A DNA stretch of 57,334 bases, taken from a virus. Taxonomy: Duplodnaviria; Caudoviricetes. This document shows, one piece after another, positions 52,981 through 57,334 of the stretch. Location: the IMG/VR virus record IMGVR_UViG_3300011335_000748, positions 1 through 57,334 of that record; one strand, 5' to 3'. How positions within the stretch are numbered: the first letter of the stretch is position 1; each line of letters opens with the position of its first letter. The notes beneath the pieces are model-generated. The model was not told where the DNA came from and did no database searches. It worked only from the letters and a program-made list of their open reading frames with translations. The position numbers and the translations under genes are program-made.

Positions 52981-54828
52981 ATGCCTTTACAGAAACTCCA
53001 GTTCCGTCCCGGACTTGTTCGAGATGTAACAGCGTACACGAATGAGGGCGGCTGGTTTGACAGCAACCTTGTTCGTTTCCGCTTGGGGTTTCCGGAAACA
53101 ATCGGGGGCTGGCAGAAGTATTCTAATAACACCTATCTTGGGTCTGTCCGCTCTCTTTTGAGCTGGGTAACTCTTGACGGGTCTAACTTGCTGGCCCTCG
53201 GATCTAACCTGAAGTACTACATCGAGGAAGGCGGTCAGTTCTTCGACATCACGCCTATCCGAAAGACTGTGGCAGCGGCCTCAGCATTTGCCGCTACTAA
53301 TGGCCTGTCCACAATTGTGGTAACAAACACAGGACACGGTTGCGTCAACGGGGACTTTGTTACCTTTAGCGGCGCGGTTTCCCTTGGTGGTAACGTCACT
53401 GCCGCTGTTCTGAACCAAGAGTACCAAATCACCTACATCAACGAAAATAGCTATCGGATCACAGTATCTGTTGTTGCTAACGGATCAGACTCCGGTAACG
53501 GTGGTGCTTCGACTGTCGCCCAATACCAGATCAACACGGGCCTTGATACTCAGGTCGGCGGTACGGGTTGGGGCGCGGGAACGTGGAGCCGTGGGACATG
53601 GGGGTCTGCCACCACTGTCAGTATCGGTAACTCACTTCGGCAGTGGGCACAGGACAACTACGGCGAGGACTTGATCTTCAACGTCCGTAACGGCGGCGTG
53701 TACTATTGGTATGGTGCGGGGGGTAATGCTACCAGAGCGGTAACATTGGCCTCTCTGTCAACGGATACCTCTACCCCGGACATTGTGAACCAAGTTATTG
53801 TCTCTGACCGCGACCGACATGTGATTGCTTTCGGGGCAAACATGGGGTCAGGTACGGCTCAGGACCCATTGAGCATCCGGTTCAGCGACGGGGAAGACCC
53901 GTTCACTTGGTATCCTTCTGCTACCAACACTGCGGGCGATATCCGCATTGGTTCTGGTACGAAGATCGTTCGGGCCGTGGAAACCAAACGCGAAATCGTT
54001 GTGTTCACCGATGTTGCTGCCTATTCCATGCAGTACCTTGGACCACCCTACACATTCGGTATTCAGCAGATTGCCTCAAACATCACCATCAACGGCTTCA
54101 ACAGTGCCATCGCTGTTGACGACGCAGTGTTCTGGATGGGTAATAGCAACTTCTATGTGTATGCTGGTCAAACACAGCCTTTGAACTGTCCGATTCAAAG
54201 TTATATTTTCGATGACTTCAACATGGCGCAGAACGAGAAGGTGTTTGCCTACTTGAATGCCCAATACAACGAGGTCAACTGGCTGTATCCCTCGGCTAAT
54301 TCGGATGAGAACGACCGCTATGTGACCTATAACTACATCGACAAGGCGTGGTCTTTTGGTCAGATTGCCCGCACGGCGTGGCTGGATGACGGTGTTCGCG
54401 GCTTCTCCCTTGCGGCATCAACCGACCAGTATCTCTACAACCATGAAATTGGTACGGATGACGGCAGCACTAACCCTGCCTCTCCGTTAAATGCGTATAT
54501 TGAGTCCGCCCCCGTTGATATCACCGATGGGGACAAGTTCTCCTTTGTCCGTCGTATTCTTCCGGACGTGAAGTTCTTCAACTCTACAAGTGATCCGGAA
54601 GTTTCCTTGGTACTGAAGACGCAAAACTACCCCGGTTCAAACCTTGTTAGCGGGTCAACTTCAGCGGTAGATAGAACCTCCACTGTCCCTGTGGATCAGT
54701 ACACCAACGTGGCAAACGTCCGTGTTCGCGGTCGCTCACTCATCTTCCGCATTGAGAGCAACAAGGTCGGTACTCGGTGGGGATTGGGGTCTCCCCGTAT
54801 CGAGATTCGGCCTGACGGGGGTCGGTAA
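52981..54828 (+). CDS. Tail tubular/stabilisation protein (P22 gp10-like)
   Basis: PG..RD.T.Y..EG.W...VRFR.G.PE.IGGW; IRFSD.E..W.P..TNTAG; FWMG; EV.W.YP. Confidence 0.75.
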   Translation: MPLQKLQFRPGLVRDVTAYTNEGGWFDSNLVRFRLGFPETIGGWQKYSNNTYLGSVRSLLSWVTLDGSNLLALGSNLKYYIEEGGQFFDITPIRKTVAAASAFAATNGLSTIVVTNTGHGCVNGDFVTFSGAVSLGGNVTAAVLNQEYQITYINENSYRITVSVVANGSDSGNGGASTVAQYQINTGLDTQVGGTGWGAGTWSRGTWGSATTVSIGNSLRQWAQDNYGEDLIFNVRNGGVYYWYGAGGNATRAVTLASLSTDTSTPDIVNQVIVSDRDRHVIAFGANMGSGTAQDPLSIRFSDGEDPFTWYPSATNTAGDIRIGSGTKIVRAVETKREIVVFTDVAAYSMQYLGPPYTFGIQQIASNITINGFNSAIAVDDAVFWMGNSNFYVYAGQTQPLNCPIQSYIFDDFNMAQNEKVFAYLNAQYNEVNWLYPSANSDENDRYVTYNYIDKAWSFGQIARTAWLDDGVRGFSLAASTDQYLYNHEIGTDDGSTNPASPLNAYIESAPVDITDGDKFSFVRRILPDVKFFNSTSDPEVSLVLKTQNYPGSNLVSGSTSAVDRTSTVPVDQYTNVANVRVRGRSLIFRIESNKVGTRWGLGSPRIEIRPDGGR

Positions 54829-55121
54829 TGGATTACCGTATTGTATTTCCCACCTTTCCCAGACCACCGGAGGAGTATGATCAGCGGCACTTTCAGGATC
54901 TAGCACGTTCCTTGGAAGCCCTTGTCGTTGCTATCCGTACGGCTGGCGAGGGACGGCAGACCACTATCGTCTTGACAGACTTGCAGTCTAACGATGTTGG
55001 GCTTGAGGCAGGAACAATCTTTCAGGTTGCTGGGGTTTTGCGGGTATCAATGGCAAACCTCCCATATGTTACAGGTAACAGTGCAACGGGGCGGGTTGGC
55101 TCCGTATCAGTGACAACGTGA
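54828..55121 (+). CDS. Hypothetical tail-module protein
   Basis: P.PP.EYD motif; TAATG coupling. Confidence 0.6.
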   Translation: MDYRIVFPTFPRPPEEYDQRHFQDLARSLEALVVAIRTAGEGRQTTIVLTDLQSNDVGLEAGTIFQVAGVLRVSMANLPYVTGNSATGRVGSVSVTT

Positions 55122-55217
55122 CTTGTCTTTTCGGGTGTAAACGGGTATGTTCTTGGTTGCCAGTATCAGGCTCTGGCCCTGCCCATAAGAACTTCTCCGT
55201 ATCATAGGAACGTATCT

Positions 55218-56705
55218 ATGCAGGGTATCGCATCTATTCAAGATATGCCGTTTTCTCAGCAAGACTATCAAGGCATGGCTAAGGCTATTGGAGCATACTA
55301 CGACAGTATGTCTCCGGAGCAGAAACAAGCTTTGTCTGGCGTAGCCCAAGAGATTGGCTCGTTGCCAATCGAGAAGCTGAATGTCTTTGACCAGCTGCTC
55401 AACTTTCTTGAGAAGAATGTCGGTCGTTACAAAGAGGTTGTTGCCGAGCTTGTCCGCCGAGATGCTGTGGACGAGGGAGATCTCCCTGATACATATGACC
55501 CCGCCCTCTTTTCACTCATCCATTCTTTGGTTCGTGAGTCCTTAAAAAAGGCTGGCAACAATACCCAAGGGTTTGCAAAAGGTGGCTTGGCTTCTTTGAA
55601 GCACTCGGCTGCGCGAATCAAGGCCGCGGGCCGTGGTGATGATACCGTGCTGGCACACATCACTCCTGCCGAGGCAGCTTTGTTGAAAGCTCGCGGCGGC
55701 TCCGGTGATACAAACCCCCTCACTGGTTTGCCTGAGTATGGCTTCTTCAAAAGTATCGGTAAGATCTTCAAGGCTGTTGCTCCCATTTTGGGAACGGTCG
55801 TTGGCGGCATGGTCGGCATGCCGTTCCTCGGCGCGGTTATCGGTGGCGGTATTGGCGGCGCGATGGGTGGCGGCGGTGTCAAGGGTGCGTTGATGGGAGC
55901 CGGGATGTCGGCTCTTGGCTCGCTGGCTTTTGGTGGAGCAAGCAGCTTGTTCAACGGCGGCACTTTTATGGAAGGTGTCACTAACACACTTCCATCTTAT
56001 TTGGGTGGTGCTGGTGAGACGTTTGGTGGCTCGCTGTTCGGTAGCGGTGCATCTGGTAGCACTATTGATCCGGCGACAGGCCAAACTATTAAACCTCCAG
56101 TTCCTCCGGAAGGACTTCGCAGCTACGACCCTACAACCCCACAAGCTACAGGGGCTGCTAACGGCACAGTTACCCCAACGGCCCCCGCGGGGGCGGGTGC
56201 AGCCTCTACTGAAAAAGTTAGTTTCATGGATGACCCCATGAAGTGGATTGGTCAGAACAAGGGAACGGCTCTTGCCTTGGGTGGTGCAGGGTTGCTTGCT
56301 GCCAATAGCATGAACGAAAAGAAGGCTCCGGCGTCACTCGTCGACAACAACAAAGAGTTGACGAAGGAAGAGCGCGAGGCCAAGTATCCTTGGACCGTGA
56401 TCGACCAGAGCAAGTTCACAAACAATTATATCGCTCCCACCAATCAAGCTCCTCAGTATGAGTGGCAGAAGGGTGTGTACGAAACACCTAAGTTTGTTGC
56501 GGCTAAGGGCGGGATTGCCGATGTTCGCACAGGTGGGCATCTTGAAGGACCGGGCACAGGAACAAGTGATTCGATCCCTGCCAAGTTGAGCGACGGCGAG
56601 TTTGTTATGACGGCAAAGGCTGTCCGTGGGGCTGGTGGCGGTGACCGCATGAAGGGTGCAAAGAAGATGTACGAACTCATGCATAAATTTGAACGGGTGG
56701 CATAA
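55218..56705 (+). CDS. Internal virion/ejection protein with GG motifs
   Basis: GDDTVLAHITPAEAALLK..NP.TGLPEY, Gly-rich hydrophobic segment, GPGTGTSDSIPA.LSDGEFV C-terminus. Confidence 0.7.
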   Translation: MQGIASIQDMPFSQQDYQGMAKAIGAYYDSMSPEQKQALSGVAQEIGSLPIEKLNVFDQLLNFLEKNVGRYKEVVAELVRRDAVDEGDLPDTYDPALFSLIHSLVRESLKKAGNNTQGFAKGGLASLKHSAARIKAAGRGDDTVLAHITPAEAALLKARGGSGDTNPLTGLPEYGFFKSIGKIFKAVAPILGTVVGGMVGMPFLGAVIGGGIGGAMGGGGVKGALMGAGMSALGSLAFGGASSLFNGGTFMEGVTNTLPSYLGGAGETFGGSLFGSGASGSTIDPATGQTIKPPVPPEGLRSYDPTTPQATGAANGTVTPTAPAGAGAASTEKVSFMDDPMKWIGQNKGTALALGGAGLLAANSMNEKKAPASLVDNNKELTKEEREAKYPWTVIDQSKFTNNYIAPTNQAPQYEWQKGVYETPKFVAAKGGIADVRTGGHLEGPGTGTSDSIPAKLSDGEFVMTAKAVRGAGGGDRMKGAKKMYELMHKFERVA

Positions 56706-56707
56706 CG

Positions 56708-57334
56708 ATGGCTGAGGTAACAACCCAAGAGTATATCACTAAGGAATCGCCCCAGATCGAAGCCTATAAGCTCGGTCTATTGGACGTTGCCAAGAAGGTA
56801 TCCGAAACCCCCATCAACCTTCCGGCAATGCAAGTTGCTGGAATGTCTCCGCAGCAGCAAGATGCCCTCAAGATGGCCTCTCAAGGTATCGGCATCTATC
56901 AGCCCTACCTGAATACGGCTGGGCAAAACTACGCCGACGCTACTGCTGGGTTCAAGTCTCTTCCTCAGTATGGTCAGGCTGCTGTTGACTACGGTGTTGC
57001 GGGGGCGCAAGCCTATGATCCCAATGCCGTTAAGGGGTACATGAACCCTTACCAAGAGCAAGTCACCCAGAATGCTATGAAGGAAATGCAGCGTCAGGCT
57101 GCGGTCCAACAGCAGGGTCTCAATGCTCAGGCGGTTAAGTCAGGTGCGTTTGGTGGGAGCCGTCAGGGCGTCCAGCAGACCGAGCTTGGTCGCAACCTGT
57201 ATGACATCCAGTCTCAGCGCATCTTCCAAGACTATGCCAACAACTACAATCAGGCGCAAACGGCCTCGATGAATGCGTTTCAGAACCAACAGGCTCGGGC
57301 GCAGAACGTCGGCAACCTTGCACTGGGCGCAGGA
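56708..57334 (+). CDS. 5' part of Gln-rich internal virion protein (continues at 128-493)
   Basis: ATG at 56708, open to the window end; YMNPYQEQV and GAFGGSR motifs. Confidence 0.7.
   Translation, partial: MAEVTTQEYITKESPQIEAYKLGLLDVAKKVSETPINLPAMQVAGMSPQQQDALKMASQGIGIYQPYLNTAGQNYADATAGFKSLPQYGQAAVDYGVAGAQAYDPNAVKGYMNPYQEQVTQNAMKEMQRQAAVQQQGLNAQAVKSGAFGGSRQGVQQTELGRNLYDIQSQRIFQDYANNYNQAQTASMNAFQNQQARAQNVGNLALGAG
57208..57334. repeat. Terminal direct repeat (copy of 1-127)
   Basis: Exact match to the window start. Confidence 0.95.

Overview
The window is an apparently complete, circularly permuted dsDNA tailed-phage genome of about 57,207 bp: bases 1-127 are identical to 57208-57334, and one ORF reads in frame across that junction. 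The layout is podovirus-like, with no tape measure, tail sheath or RNA polymerase recognised. GcrA, GapR (DUF2312) and a suhB/MmgR-like sRNA point to an alphaproteobacterial host (inference). Modules: (i) ejection/internal virion proteins and a DUF3380 muramidase (55.2 kb through the junction to 8.0 kb); (ii) replication: SNF2 helicase, SSB-like protein, primase, UvrD helicase, family A polymerase (8.0-16.4 kb); (iii) a minus-strand accessory region of small genes (16.4-26.4 and 27.9-29.9 kb); (iv) TerS and a nuclease, then TerL, portal, GroES, scaffold, capsid and tail genes (26.9-55.1 kb). No integrase, tRNA or CRISPR array was recognised. Most notable: a RiPP-like cassette inside the tail module (Asn-Cys-rich tail-tip-like protein fused to a non-splicing Hint domain, an accessory protein, a 2OG-Fe(II) oxygenase and a radical SAM/SPASM enzyme); three candidate structured RNAs; a TGACA-N-TGTCA operator on early promoters; a 73-bp inverted repeat; GAATCGCC repeat clusters; and a gene-cassette array with conserved junctions. 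All calls come from reading motifs by eye, with no database searches.
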